DNA from: Tubiluchus corallicola
Taxonomy: Eukaryota; Animalia; Priapulida
DNA: 64,000 nt
NCBI GenBank assembly: GCA_030141605.1
Contig: JAQGDQ010000100.1
Span: 310,001-374,000, forward strand
Reading direction: 5' to 3'
The number at the start of each line of letters is the position of its first letter. Positions within the stretch are counted from its first letter, which is position 1. Below the pieces are notes generated by a model. That model was not told where the DNA came from, searched no databases, and saw only the letters and a list, made by a program, of their open reading frames with translations. Both the position numbers and the translations under genes were made by a program. Below, piece by piece: positions 28,301 to 39,120 of the stretch.

Positions 28301-30034
28301 AACAACTTGTTGAATCTGACTTCTTGCAAATGTATGCATTTGTTCTTCATTATGTTACCTTCTAATTTAATAACTGCATTCTCTTGCAGGTTATTCGATG
28401 ATAATGAGCAATATTTGGTTGGCATGTACCGAGAGTTTCAGGTGTATAAAATACAGGTATACCAGCTGATTTAGTGTTATCATTTTTCACGTCATACTCA
28501 GTACTTTCGTCAAAATTTATTATTGTAGAAATAACATTTGTATGGGTCACCTTTCCTTTGTATAGCTCAGACATAGAAATGGAAAGACATGAATAAACTT
28601 TAAATATTTTGTATTTAGAAATTAAGAAAGTTATGAGAGCTTGTTACTTAATTTTGTTTGTTATTACTACTCGAATTTCTGTTCGTTTTTTACAGGCTGG
28701 TGTCCTTCCTGTAGAAGATAATAGTGCTGCCATCTTGATGCGAGAATTAAAACTAGCACTGATCATTATCTGTATCATCCTGCCTGTCATTCTTATAATA
28801 CTCATCTGTGTCTGGTGCTCAGAAGTTAATAAGTAAGTAATCACCCTGTTGTGTTTTTGTTTTGCTGTTTATTATATAAATCTGGCTCATAGTTTCAAGT
28901 CTTGTGTAGGCAGAATAATGGTTTTATATTCTTTTGAAAAAAATTTGATAGAACTTTCTGTTTTGATTCTATGCCTTTACCACTAAATAATGCATTTACT
29001 AACATAATTTTAAAATGCATTTTTTCTAATGAATAGCCTTTTATTTGTATAACTGTAGACTTTTTGTAAAATATTTGTCAAACCCTGTTACCTGCTGCTC
29101 TCCTGTGCATTGTTTTGTGCACTGATGTTTTGCGCACTGTTCTGATCCGGTAAGTTATACCATGTTTGTTAATGCCATTTCTGCAGTGTCATTATTTCAA
29201 CAATTCAACTGATCTGTATTTACAGATATAAAAGGAAATTGAGGGCAGCAAATGCAATGGCTTTTGGTATGTATGCAGTGACTATGGTCGATGAACTATT
29301 ACAAGCATAAATTCAAGTTGTGTGTTGTGCCTTGACAGAATTCAGACATCGCTTACTTTGCTCATATTGTGCTTTCATAGTAGATTTAATATTGATGCAA
29401 TATAGTTGCTATGTGGCGTCTTTGATTGTATGAATGTATTGTGATTTAACCTATATTTGCACAACATTTTGGTGATGTTTCAAAGTATCAGACTCAATAA
29501 ACTACGACATGTGCGTATAATCTGAAAACTTTTTCGTAATAGCTCTTACAATGTTTTTTTGTATTTCCTTTTGTTATGAATGTTAAGTTAGGTGCTTTGA
29601 AACATCAACAAAATGTTGTGAAAATGGTTTTCTTTTTCAACGTGCATTTCGCCTTGTTTTGTTTATGACTAATGTGTATTTCATTACTAACAGGCTTTAC
29701 GTCTTTGAAATTAATAATTTCTCTTTCTAACATATTGTGTTAGTACTCCCCTAACATACATTATTTTTCTGTAGGTTCTAGTCGAGATTCAGAATTGAAT
29801 AGAATTTGTGTTCCAAATACTAATCAGTATGCTTATGAAGGGTGAGTTGTCACAGCTAACATAATCAAGCTTTCATTTCTGCATGATTTTTGATTGACGT
29901 ACACTTACATTATTTGTATGTAATTTTTTAGCCTTGAAAATACTCAAGTTATTCAGAAAGATTTAATGGATAATTATAACTTATGTATTGTGCATGTTCC
30001 AAAATTGACTGTGTTGTTAAATGGAGGCCTTTTG

Positions 30035-30089
<55 letters not shown>

Positions 30090-32587
30090 CGTATGTATTC
30101 TATTCCCTATACCTTCAAACTCAAGTAACGGTTTTTCTAAGTGCCTTCTTTTATTCTATTTATGTAATGAATAAAGATGAGTGGGGCAGACAAAATAGCA
30201 TGAGAGGGAATGGAAAGTAGAGGGGGTGAAGTTGTTTTAGGTAAAAAATGCCCATGCTGTCTTGTGATCAGACCAAAGGAATGAAATCACATCAGATTAT
30301 AAGTATAGTAGACTGAAATAGGTGTCAAAATATTGAACTGATAAAGTTGTTAAAAACTCATAGGTCACCTGAAATTAAGATCAGGATGAATGCATACTTT
30401 GTTGAGACAGGTGTTGGTCAGAAGCCTGATTAGAAGTGGTTAAAAGAACATAAAATTTATTGAAAAATTCTTTTTAAGTAGAATGACGTGTTATCATTGT
30501 TATTTCTCTCATTTTATGAAAATTTGTAGATAGTATATGTTGTTGTACATCTCAAAGCAGATGGCGTCTTCTTTATATAGATTCATAGGCGGTTATATAC
30601 AAGTCTGTAAACAGGGCAGCTATTGTATATCAAAAGAACTATTTCTAAGATACATAGAAATTCATATGGAGGCATGTTGATGCTGAATTAGTGAATTGGG
30701 TTTAAAAAGTACCTTTTCACTCACTTTAAATCCTTTCTGATACCTTTCACTTTTGTTTATCAAATCCTTCAAGCCACATAATTGCAATGGAAAAATTAAG
30801 TACATTTTGGATTGATAGTTACTTTTCTGTAGTTGTTAGAATATTTGGCTACTGCTATTTCATTACCATTAACATTGGATTGATATTTACTGTTTATTTC
30901 TTTATGGTACTGGTTTGAATGATGATCATATTGCTCTCTGAACATACGTTTAATTGCATCCTGATGCGTTTCAGTTCGAACCCCATCTGGATGGAGCAAT
31001 ACGATCACGTTTATCAGAACAACGTTGCTAAGGAAGAAGACGAAGATTCCAACAGGTTAAAATCTCTGTAGTGTTGTGACATCCGTCTTTCTCTGCTATC
31101 ATTCTTTTTATTATAGGCATGTATTTGTTTATTCATTATAGCATTACTTTTCTTTGTTTTAGTATAGTTGTGTTGCTAACTTGATGTACGACGATACATC
31201 ACAATTTTCCACCAGCAAAAAACCAAAACATGCAACTCAGCAAAGTTTTAACTGTGCCAGAGTTACAATTTTTCGGTTTTGTTGCATGCTGTTGTGTAGT
31301 TGCTTAAAAACATCTGTTAGCATTTCTGCTAGCATTTGCTTATGTGTGGGATGGCAGTAGGGGGCTACAGTTCTAACTGCTAGCTTGCTGACTCTGGCTT
31401 GCAGCCAAACTATTCCTAAGTGATCAGTTTTTGTTATATTAGAGAATGTGTGATATAATGTTATATTGTGCAAATAATTATTATAACAAAAAGTTGCGTC
31501 ACTTCATGGGAAAATATATGGAAGAAAGATGAAATTGTAATGTGATAAAGAAACATATGGCCATACTGACTTCTGATAAAGTGTTTTGTCAACTGCCAGT
31601 GTTGTGGTACAAGAAAAGAAGTATTCTTTTATATATTTATTATAGTATACGTATATTATGGTGATCAGATAAATTTATGACATTTTGGTTTAGGCTTTTG
31701 TCATTAAGTAAGTGGTGCTGGTAGAGAGATGTTTGGTTTTTGCTCTGTACAGATCAGTCATTTTCCAAGATGTTTTCCTTAGTATGTTACGTTTTACCTA
31801 CTGGTATAAAGCGGCAAACAAATTGCAGCGATTTTGTATTTTGGAATTTGTAAATGCTCATGCTACCTATTTCATAAAAGGTCTTAGTTGTATGAGCAAT
31901 TTATTTACTTGTGTTTAAAGTTTGTAAGAATGCGCAGCAGTTTTATAAACTTTTTATCTACAATTTCATCTTTTAGATAACATATGTGCTTCTGGCATTG
32001 CTAAGAATTGTGTGCTAAAGATTGATCTGTGTGCTGTGAGTTTACAAAGCTATATTTAAAATTGTGTTACTTTTTTAGTTGTGCTGCTTTGGTTTCACTT
32101 TCTGTTGTTAAAAAATTTCTAGCTGATTTTAAAACAATGGCGTTCACAAACAAATTATAAATTTGCCTGAAATGGCCAGGTACGGAAATTAAAAATATTG
32201 ATTGCATAATATATTACTAATTTTCGTAATTGTAGTACTTGTATCCAGAGTGCAAGTTTCCTGTCCATATTTTGGGATTATAAATATTTCACAAATTACA
32301 AAGAACAATTTAAAATGGTCTTTCATGTGTACTCATTTGAAGGCTTTGTCTGTTAGCGTAATTTGATCATATGTTTGCATTTCAGCCAGAACTCACTCGA
32401 TGAAAACATAATAGATAAATCCAAGCAGGTGCCATCTAGTGGTAGAAATATTAGTGATTTGCCTGATAAGCAAACTAATGTCTCTCAGCGTCGAAATAAC
32501 CTGAACAAGCTGCACTTAAAGATTGATCATGAATATGAGGATCCAGATAAACTTAGTAAAAGAAAGCTTCCTACCACCGACATCTAA
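4228..32587 (+). CDS. Cadherin-87A / CDH23 / CDHR2-like non-classical cadherin (39 coding exons, about 1903 aa; 14 EC repeats, membrane-adjacent domain, TM, PDZ-binding tail)
   Basis: Exons joined by hand at GT-AG sites with consistent phase; total 5712 nt, divisible by 3. Repeated xE / DxD / LD(R/Y)E / DxNDNxP motifs; TM LALIIICIILPVILIILICVWC; juxtamembrane YKRKLRAANAMAFGS; VPNTNQYAYEGSNPIW; ends LPTTDI*. Exact orthology needs a phylogeny. Confidence 0.93.
5307..5375 (+). CDS. cadherin exon 2
   Basis: TTTCAG|..EAPELVPPYDLRRLSLFENTSIG|GTAAG. Confidence 0.85.
6000..6145 (+). CDS. cadherin exon 3 (EC1)
   Basis: DIVYRVRF...LAAPLDRE; donor GTACAA. Confidence 0.85.
7016..7075 (+). CDS. cadherin exon 4
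   Basis: TTTAG|MKTEYLVRWQYRDLGQNIPW|GTAAG, phase 0/0. Confidence 0.8.
7326..7421 (+). CDS. cadherin exon 5
   Basis: INKQTQVYVLDVNDNAPVF...VDE|GTGAGT. Confidence 0.92.
7826..7918 (+). CDS. cadherin exon 6
   Basis: DAEPGLELFQVSAEDPDENNGGRVIYKLDEK. Confidence 0.9.
8390..8500. repeat. degenerate (CAT/CAC/ATT)n trinucleotide tract
   Basis: Direct inspection. Confidence 0.75.
8715..8828 (+). CDS. cadherin exon 7
   Basis: NAEYF...KKFDYQEKAIHEVNITAQ|GTGAG. Confidence 0.9.
10024..10164 (+). CDS. cadherin exon 8
   Basis: DGGG...VMDVPNKPPVF...VYENIPP|GTAAGT. Confidence 0.9.
10740..10827 (+). CDS. cadherin exon 9
   Basis: GERIIAVEATDQDTG...GARP|GTAAGC. Confidence 0.9.
10966..11580 (-). mobile_element. 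5'-truncated CR1/L2-type LINE 3' end
   Basis: Minus-strand translation RPKLWNSLPPNVKCQCNIYHFKTSVKRYLFASYTN* (stop at 11384-86) carries the LWNxLP..FK ORF2 C-terminal motif; about 380 nt 3'UTR; (ATT)n/(GTT)n tail at 10966-11001. The 5' boundary is approximate. Confidence 0.75.
11821..12140 (+). CDS. cadherin exon 10
   Basis: FAIDKDTG...FDREE...DVNDNKPKF...VYDYDE. Confidence 0.92.
12484..12636 (+). CDS. cadherin exon 11
   Basis: LENGTFELEI...AKLDYENVSSFSFT|GTAAC. Confidence 0.92.
13260..13424 (+). CDS. cadherin exon 12
   Basis: IVARET...LEDVNDNFPQF...LHVT|GTAAGC. Confidence 0.92.
13979..14046 (+). CDS. cadherin exon 13
   Basis: AHDKDSGNGGIIYYYLLGSGAE. Confidence 0.9.
14898..15156 (+). CDS. 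cadherin exon 14
   Basis: FVMDEESG...LDRE...DANDNAPKF...FVR|GTAAGC. Confidence 0.92.
15852..15939 (+). CDS. cadherin exon 15
   Basis: ASDPDAPPNNKISY...YSSG|GTGAGT. Confidence 0.9.
16084..16238 (+). CDS. cadherin exon 16
   Basis: EITATTAIDFE...AVDHGSP...YVE|GTGAG. Confidence 0.9.
16379..16468 (+). CDS. cadherin exon 17
   Basis: DFNDNAPVFTETSYESSVAEDALAGTSIAQ. Confidence 0.92.
16804..16970 (+). CDS. cadherin exon 18
   Basis: VTAIDADP...ANLDPDVVYPRLTVH; donor GTAAGG (an alternative same-phase donor lies at 16956). Confidence 0.85.
17121..17283 (+). CDS. cadherin exon 19
   Basis: LTVMAYDDGTP...KDINNKKPKF...LIQ|GTAAGC. Confidence 0.92.
17527..17773 (+). CDS. cadherin exon 20
   Basis: VLAKDPDED...VDREH...QTDT. 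Confidence 0.9.
18273..18386 (+). CDS. cadherin exon 21
   Basis: QLFITVLDENDNIPEF...RERIPVG. Confidence 0.92.
18508..18630 (+). CDS. cadherin exon 22
   Basis: TLLMTVRSIDRDKGNNG...IDSESG. Confidence 0.92.
18720..18929 (+). CDS. cadherin exon 23
   Basis: EIKVRSEIDYD...DTNDNSPEF...WENASLG. Confidence 0.92.
19034..19149 (+). CDS. cadherin exon 24
   Basis: TEVFKVMASDLDSG...TDPVS|GTAAGT. Confidence 0.92.
19676..19795 (+). CDS. cadherin exon 25
   Basis: GIVIVNGKLDREM...AKDN...SHF|GTGAGT. Confidence 0.92.
20088..20274 (+). CDS. cadherin exon 26
   Basis: LDVVLLDVNDNAPQF...AEDDDD...GNGS|GTAAGT. Confidence 0.92.
20536..21339 (+). CDS. cadherin exon 27 (804 nt, EC11-EC13)
   Basis: Long ORF with AEDKGDPPLS, DENLNAP, LDREKQDSYN; donor GTGAGT. 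Confidence 0.93.
22450..22757 (-). mobile_element. decayed copy of the same tRNA/5S composite SINE
   Basis: Minus strand AATTTAAATAACATCGCGCCTGGCCAGTAAATAAATAGGTAACTGCC (22666-22712) is 5S-like; downstream blocks are colinear with the other copies. Confidence 0.5.
22854..23050 (+). CDS. cadherin exon 28
   Basis: VIKATNC...VEDINDEPPVF...EQIN|GTAAGA. Confidence 0.92.
23289..23386 (+). CDS. cadherin exon 29
   Basis: AVDMDIPPNDIIVYSIVNG... Confidence 0.9.
24328..24475 (+). CDS. cadherin exon 30
   Basis: DPFTINAETGQVYL...AEDPD...CEVW|GTAAGT. Confidence 0.9.
24774..24862 (+). CDS. cadherin exon 31 (start of membrane-adjacent domain)
   Basis: VYMLSPSQQVQLVL...QRLR|GTATGT. Confidence 0.88.
26170..26560. 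mobile_element. possible degenerate Kolobok-like MITE
   Basis: TTAAAGGGCAACTGAA ... TTGAATTGCCCTTATA, imperfect inverted termini. Confidence 0.3.
26683..26769 (+). CDS. cadherin exon 32
   Basis: ILLNVTGRAVHIDEVTNYVSENGEVSDH; phase 2/2. Confidence 0.88.
27198..27263 (+). CDS. cadherin exon 33
   Basis: ISVFVHFVNTYGEIVQVDEIL; phase 2/2. Confidence 0.88.
28390..28456 (+). CDS. cadherin exon 34
   Basis: LFDDNEQYLVGMYREFQVYKIQ. Confidence 0.85.
28696..28832 (+). CDS. cadherin exon 35 (transmembrane helix)
   Basis: ...LKLALIIICIILPVILIILICVWCSEVN|GTAAGT. Confidence 0.92.
29226..29266 (+). CDS. cadherin exon 36
   Basis: YKRKLRAANAMAFG, typical Cad87A/CDH23 juxtamembrane segment. Confidence 0.9.
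29775..29841 (+). CDS. cadherin exon 37
   Basis: SSRDSELNRICVPNTNQYAYEG. Confidence 0.9.
30037..30089. repeat. (TA)n microsatellite
   Basis: Direct inspection. Confidence 0.95.
30975..31055 (+). CDS. cadherin exon 38
   Basis: SNPIWMEQYDHVYQNNVAKEEDEDSN. Confidence 0.9.
32386..32587 (+). CDS. cadherin exon 39 (terminal, PDZ ligand)
   Basis: QNSLDEN...KRKLPTTDI-TAA. Confidence 0.88.
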
Positions 32588-35500
32588 AATTACTTGTATG
32601 TTGTTCTTTTTAACTCAAATAATGTTTATCGAATTTGCTTACAAGACTAAAAAACAAATGTCAAGCATAAAGACATGTCCAAGCCGTATATCTCATTTGA
32701 ACATTTTATTGCCTGTAAATAGATACCGTTACTTGCTTACAAATGTGCAAGATTTTGTAATATTACGAATAATTGATTATGCACTGTAATTATAGAAAAC
32801 AAGTTGGTTGTAGAAATTGTGCTGCAGAAATGCGTAGTCGGAATACTTTCATTTTTTTCGAAATAGGTATTGTTTAATGCTGTGCTTACCAGTTATGATT
32901 TAGGTACCACCTACTTGAAATTTTTTTACCTAGGTATTGTTTTGTGTAGTTGTAAATTGTTATTGTGAACTTGTTATTTTAAATTTTCTGCAAAAATTCC
33001 AATCTTTGGTAGTAAGTGCTTGTATAGTGACTATGTAATATTTTTAATTTAGATAACCATTGATCGCCTTTACATTGTTAGGACCAAGGAATTATTCTTT
33101 TGTAGACAAGCAATTGAATTACTGTGGTTGTTTTTATGTATACATCATGCTTCTCAGTACCGTTCTGTGCACACAAGTCTTTCATATATTTACTGCTGGA
33201 TATTGTTAACTGTATTTATTCTTAACTTGCTATTTGATATATTTAAACTACAGTTTCTGTAATATCACCCTAAAAACTGAATCAAGATTTTGAAACTTCA
33301 AATTTTTAGATTAGTTTCTGTTACATTTTAACATATGAATCATATTTCTGTTGCACTTTAGTGCAAAATAAGTTTTATGGTTTGTGTTTATGTAAAAATG
33401 TTGCTAGTAGACTTATAGAACTTACTTCTTACTAGTCATCTATAGCACTTTTAATGCATTACTGTATGTACTGATAATTGTTCACCTGCTTATGTAATAT
33501 TTGTTTTATCATTATTCTATCACTTTCTAGCTCCGTTACTTGTGTTAACAAAACAAATATTCTTTTCATGGTTCCAGCCATATGAATTTTTTAATCTGAA
33601 ATTAATTTGTTCATCCTTTATACGTGCAGATGCTTTAGTTGCAGAAACAGGTGCATTAGTAAGTTTTACACTGTACACCCATGTCTGAAGCAAACAACTC
33701 AAGTTATGAACATCGTGACAATTTTTCTTTCAGGCATGTGTGGATATGTCTTTTTCTTTAAAGCATTTATTTTGCATTTTCAATTTATTTTATCATCATA
33801 GTTCTATTCTTTGTACTTTTGTTAACTGGTTTTTATTATGGATTTAACAATTCCCTGGCCTTATTTGTTGTGCAGCTTTGGCATCCATTATTTTATGGAA
33901 ATTATTCTCTAGTCATGAGGTTTTTATTATTATGTAAATAATTTTGGTAAAAAAATTATAGAGTAGTTATACTGTAATAATTATGGAAAGGTTACGCCAG
34001 TGATATATTCAGAAAATAAACTATTCATTCTTATAATGATTATCACTAAAGTGTTACAGTACTTTCAATTCATTAGCATGCTGTACTTCAATGGTGATGT
34101 GGCACATTTACTGTAAGTTAAATTTGTGTTCTATCATTAACAGACAAAATGGTAATATTAACATGCTAATCACACCAGTATGCACTTTTGAGGTTAAAAA
34201 TAACTTTTCACCTGTGGTTTATCATCGTACATGCACCATTTCAGTCCAATTACTCACTTGAGATATAGTTATTCCTGCTTAATATTGGAAAATCTAGGTT
34301 TCTATTATTTTAAACTATCCTGTTAAACTCCTTTTTGGATATGCAGTAAAATGTCTTTAAAAATCTGTCCGTACATAAGGGTAACACACAAAATGCCATT
34401 ACTGATTAAGAAAAATGTAATCGAATGTAATTTTTTTTAATAAACAGATAATGAAAGTAACCAACAATAAACAATATTTACCCATTCAAGGTTATACTTC
34501 AATACTTTTATTATCAAAACACTTTCATTTCTCATATTTGCAACATCATTATAGAATTCCTACTTGTTACAATAATTTGTATTTTTTTAATTCAGTAAAC
34601 TGTAAAAGAGTTTTACTGTCCAGTAAAAATGTAACTCATTTGATTATATTTAGTCTCTCTCCAGCCAAAAAAAGATTTTTGTACAAATCACTAATTACAA
34701 AAATTAGTTGATCATTACCCAGTGTGTATTTAAAAAGTAAGCAATACAAATATAATGTGATGCATGATAGATGAAGAAAATCATACATTTACAAAATAAA
34801 CAAATTATATAATATCATGATTGTAATTCTTTAATTTTAATTTGATCATGATTCTAATACAAATGTAAAGTAATGATAATATTATGTATCTACTTAGTAC
34901 ATAAATGTCACAACTAGCACTATAAAATGACTTGTACACACAACTATGTTTACTTGATCACAGTATACCTTCTACACCCTTTACAATATGACACGTTTAT
35001 ATACAAATAAATAAATAAAGCAAATCCTCTAGCAAATAATAAAAAAAGATGCAAATGTGAGTTTCACTGTCTATTGAACTACTATAATTGTCAACTTTAC
35101 TGCCAGTTAGTCTGTAAAACTATGGCAAAGAAGAATACAGTTTTGTAACAGCATATAAGGGTAGGCGACAGTCGACTGCTTATGTCTACGCAATTTTCAC
35201 ACAGACAATTCTACAATAGATAAACAAGTATATGACGTGTGTGGGTGTGTAAGACCACGTATTTAATTATTAATGCAATGAACTAAATACATCATTAAAA
35301 AACAGTCCTACTAATCTCTGGTGTACAAATATGCGAATCTCAAATTTCAGTATAATGTTGCCCTGCATAGAAACGTGAATATTGAACTATTTCACAACTA
35401 ATAATATATTACTATAGTATTTACAAAACTCATGTATAACCACATAGTATTTAAAAAAGTTCATATGACTGAGGACAAATCTCCGCTGACCATCAGTGTA

Positions 35501-36086
35501 ACACAAGGCCTTGCCATAATTGCATTTACATACAACAAAATGCAAGTTGAATATTTACATGTGGCATGAAGCACAACAGTAAACCCAAGTTGGAGAATGA
35601 TGAAACATAAAGTAAATCCAATCAATGTGATCAATTTCTTCAAAATTGAAAACTGTATAAGAACATAGTATTTATTCTGAATTTCAAAAACTGGCACATC
35701 TTATTTCTTTTAAAGACATTTTCAAAACCATTACATTTCTGATACAAAAATGAAAAGTAAGGAAGTGTGCTGTTTACAAGCAGATTCAGCATGACATTTT
35801 CAATATTATTTCTTGAGTTTCAGTACTGGTATATTGCCACCCAATATTTTCTTCTCTAGTTTCTTTCTTCAATCATAACGCTTCTGCCAGAAATAGGAAC
35901 AATAACTGTTATTGTTTTTACTCATCAACCTTTAGTGCATGTGATCAACAAATTTAATACATGGCCATGAAGTCCATATGTCTACATGTATGCCCTTATG
36001 TATGTCAGTATTACCTGTCCTCACTTATAGCAGTAATCATACCATGGCACTATAAGGCATAATATTATGAGAGCTTGACTAACCAA

Positions 36087-36101
36087 TCACGTTTTGCATG
36101 T
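36087..36101 (-). CDS. Sema2a: semaphorin exon 18, coding part (TCKT-stop)
   Basis: TTTTACATTGCAG|ACA TGC AAA ACG TGA; supplies the terminal Cys expected in class-2 tails. Confidence 0.65.
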   Translation of the reverse strand, partial: TCKT

Positions 36102-39068
36102 CTGCAATGTAAAAAAATTAAAATTAATGTCTACAGTTGTTAAGTATGCAATTATTATCAATTTGTGGCAATCATTTGCTCATTACAGAACATTAAATTT
36201 ATTTAGAATGACATGAAGTGAGCATAGTAGCTTCAGTGGGCAAATAAAAATATTTAGCAGAATCATAGTGTATGCATGGGATAAATTTCAATGTTCAATT
36301 TATAAAACGAATGATGAAATTTTGTTTTACCTGTTTTAGTTTTTGCCAAGTGAGCATTTCCCGCTTGTACCGTTCAAATTCTCGACACCACTCCACGTAT
36401 TTCTCCTGGTATTTCTGCTGACTGTTTGGCGCTTCACATACAACTGAAAACACGAAAGATCTTGATAAACTGTCAGCATTTGGCCTGGTATTCTATTCTA
36501 ACAAAAAGCACCAACTAAATCACCTATCAGTACAAACGAGTGTAATTAATTCAGTTAACAGGCAATCAATGTAGGCCTTAGGGTGAGCAAATAACTTATT
36601 AGCAACAGGTTTCTTACATTAGGTTGTGCACTTTGCCAGTGCACAGATTGTTAAATGTGTCATTTGCCAGCGTATACTTCAAAAGTGTTGTCAGTTGTAC
36701 ACTTTACCCGGTGCAGTACATTATACTTTTTTGCCTGTTATGCAGGGCTGGCCTTAAGCCAATTAGACCGTTTGCTTCCAGGCTCCAGCAATTTAGTTTA
36801 CTTGAATTTTCATCTTTTCAGAATAAAAAATTTATATTTTTAGTAAACACAGTGATTTAAACACATTAAAACAAGTGCTGTAAGTTGTAACTATGTACTG
36901 TTCAGTGGTGATGTAAACATTTTCTTGCTACTCATAAGGGTTACAAGCATGCAATTTTATATAATAATGTAGCTGTTTAGTCCATTAACTCTTATGGACT
37001 ACATTTTTAACGACACATTCTTATTGCCTTTCATTATCTCATAGAAATATAAAACATATAAAAGCACATTTTTACGATTCTACAGACTTTAGCCTGTAGA
37101 ATTGGATGGGAGGTTAAGGCCCATCAAAATGGTTACAAGAGGGCCTCTTAATGTTGGGCCGGCTGTTATGTTTTACCAGCAAACATTTCGTCAGTTAGTA
37201 TATTGCCATCATTGTTACCAATTACCAGCATTTCATTTTTACTAAACAAATTTAATCAGTGAATGTTTTAATAGTGCAATTTCGTCAGGTATAATGGTCC
37301 TAGTTTTACAGGATACTGATACCATAACAAAATTATCCAGTTTTACAAGTATTTCTTTTCTTGGTTAACACAGTGTTTCACTATTGCACATATTTTCGCA
37401 TCAAATATTTGATCAGTACAATTTTCCCTTTACAGCATTATACCTTGTCACTTATATATTATAAGTTATGATATTATTAAATTTTAGACTATCAGCTACC
37501 ACCAGCTGTAATGGTGACTGTTATAATTTGATATAAGCAAATAAATTTGCAAGAATAATGACCAGAACACCACTCTTATCTCAACAATTTATTTGTCGTA
37601 ACTCTGGTTTATTTACTAAGTAAAATTTCAATAAAATAGATAAAATCAAATTTTTTGTAACAACCATTAAAATTATAGTAACTTTCAAACAGGAACGTCA
37701 GCAAAGGCACATACTGGCAACACTGCCATGTTATTGTTCTAGGTAGGATAAGAAATAGATGACAAGCCGAACCACTGCTAAAGGCACAGGTACGTGGTAA
37801 AAGAGGAAGAAACTTGAAGTAGGATAAGCAACTGAAGTAGGAAAACGTTTTTCTTATCACATACGGAATCTATACCTGCAAAAAGTGCAAACGCCTGGTC
37901 AACAGATTTAACTTAATAGGTTTCACATCTAAACATATACAAGACAGATCAGGGAACCCTCTAGTAACACTTTCTGTAGGGTTTTGTAATATAAGACCGT
38001 AAAGCTTCAGCTCTTATATTATTTACATTACATTATTATATTTTGCTGTTGCATTTTATGAAATGTTTAAAGATACTAACAAGTGTCACTGTGTTGCTGT
38101 TTAATTACGTAATACATTTCAAGTCAAGCTGTTAACGTTAGATATGTGTCTCCTTAATTTTAGCTTTTTCAAGTTCATGGGCAACAATTACAGTCAGTTA
38201 GTTGCTGACTTAATTTGTTCTAAAAAAAGTACACTTCTTGCCTCAAGATATTTTTCAGCACATTTCAGAGCAAAAGTGACATAGAACATATAAAATAAAC
38301 TTAATAAATCAAAAATCTATTATGCACACTTATGTGCCAAGTTGTATCTAAAAATGTGGAGCCATACCTGAGTTGACCAAGATTTCGTATCTATTGAGAG
38401 TCTGAGTTTGAAGGACACATTTGTATTCTCCAGCTTGAACGGAATTGATGTTTATCAATACAAGTCCATAATCAGACGTCAAGATTTGTCTATCATCGTA
38501 GACGATGGGCTTATCTTTGTGCAACCATTTAATCTTGTATCTTTCAGGATCTAGTGGTTGCAAGTAATCAGGAATTTTACAGGGAAGGAAAACAGTCTGT
38601 CCTGGTACGTTTTCCATCTCCACAGCTCCTCCCATCTCTTTAATAGCAAATTTCAGTTAATCAACAGCTAAATCTAGAAATCTTGAAATCTCTTAACAAC
38701 TATCAGTCTCAAAATGTTCTTAATGAGCTTTTTTGCAGTTATTATTCGTTATACAAAATCCACCAATAAGATCTCAAACTAAAAGGACATTTTTGTGTTT
38801 ATTAAATTGTAATCAATGCTTAAACTTTACAAAGTCTGCTGTACATAGGGTGAACGGGTGCAATTTGTGGTGGCTTTACAGCCGAGTGGTTTGGTACGTA
38901 TCATTCGTTTGAATGGCTCATGACCATCATTCGCCGATGTGATTCTAACTGTTTACCTTGTATAGGGAAGACATATATTCATGGACAGTTGAATACGGCC
39001 AAAACACCTCTGCCGTAGGCCAAACTCGTAAGTGGCCCCTCAAATAGAAAGTTGGCATGTTTTAGTAC

Positions 39069-39120
<52 letters not shown>

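Noticed and set aside
31163-31360. Alternative cytoplasmic exon of the cadherin (..ANLMYDDTSQFSTSKKPK..)
   Set aside because: An acceptor-like tract is present, but there is no phase-compatible donor and the first AG leads to an early stop; unsupported without RNA data.
36087-36089. Selenocysteine recoding of the semaphorin TGA
   Set aside because: No SECIS-like hairpin recognised downstream, and semaphorins are not known selenoproteins.
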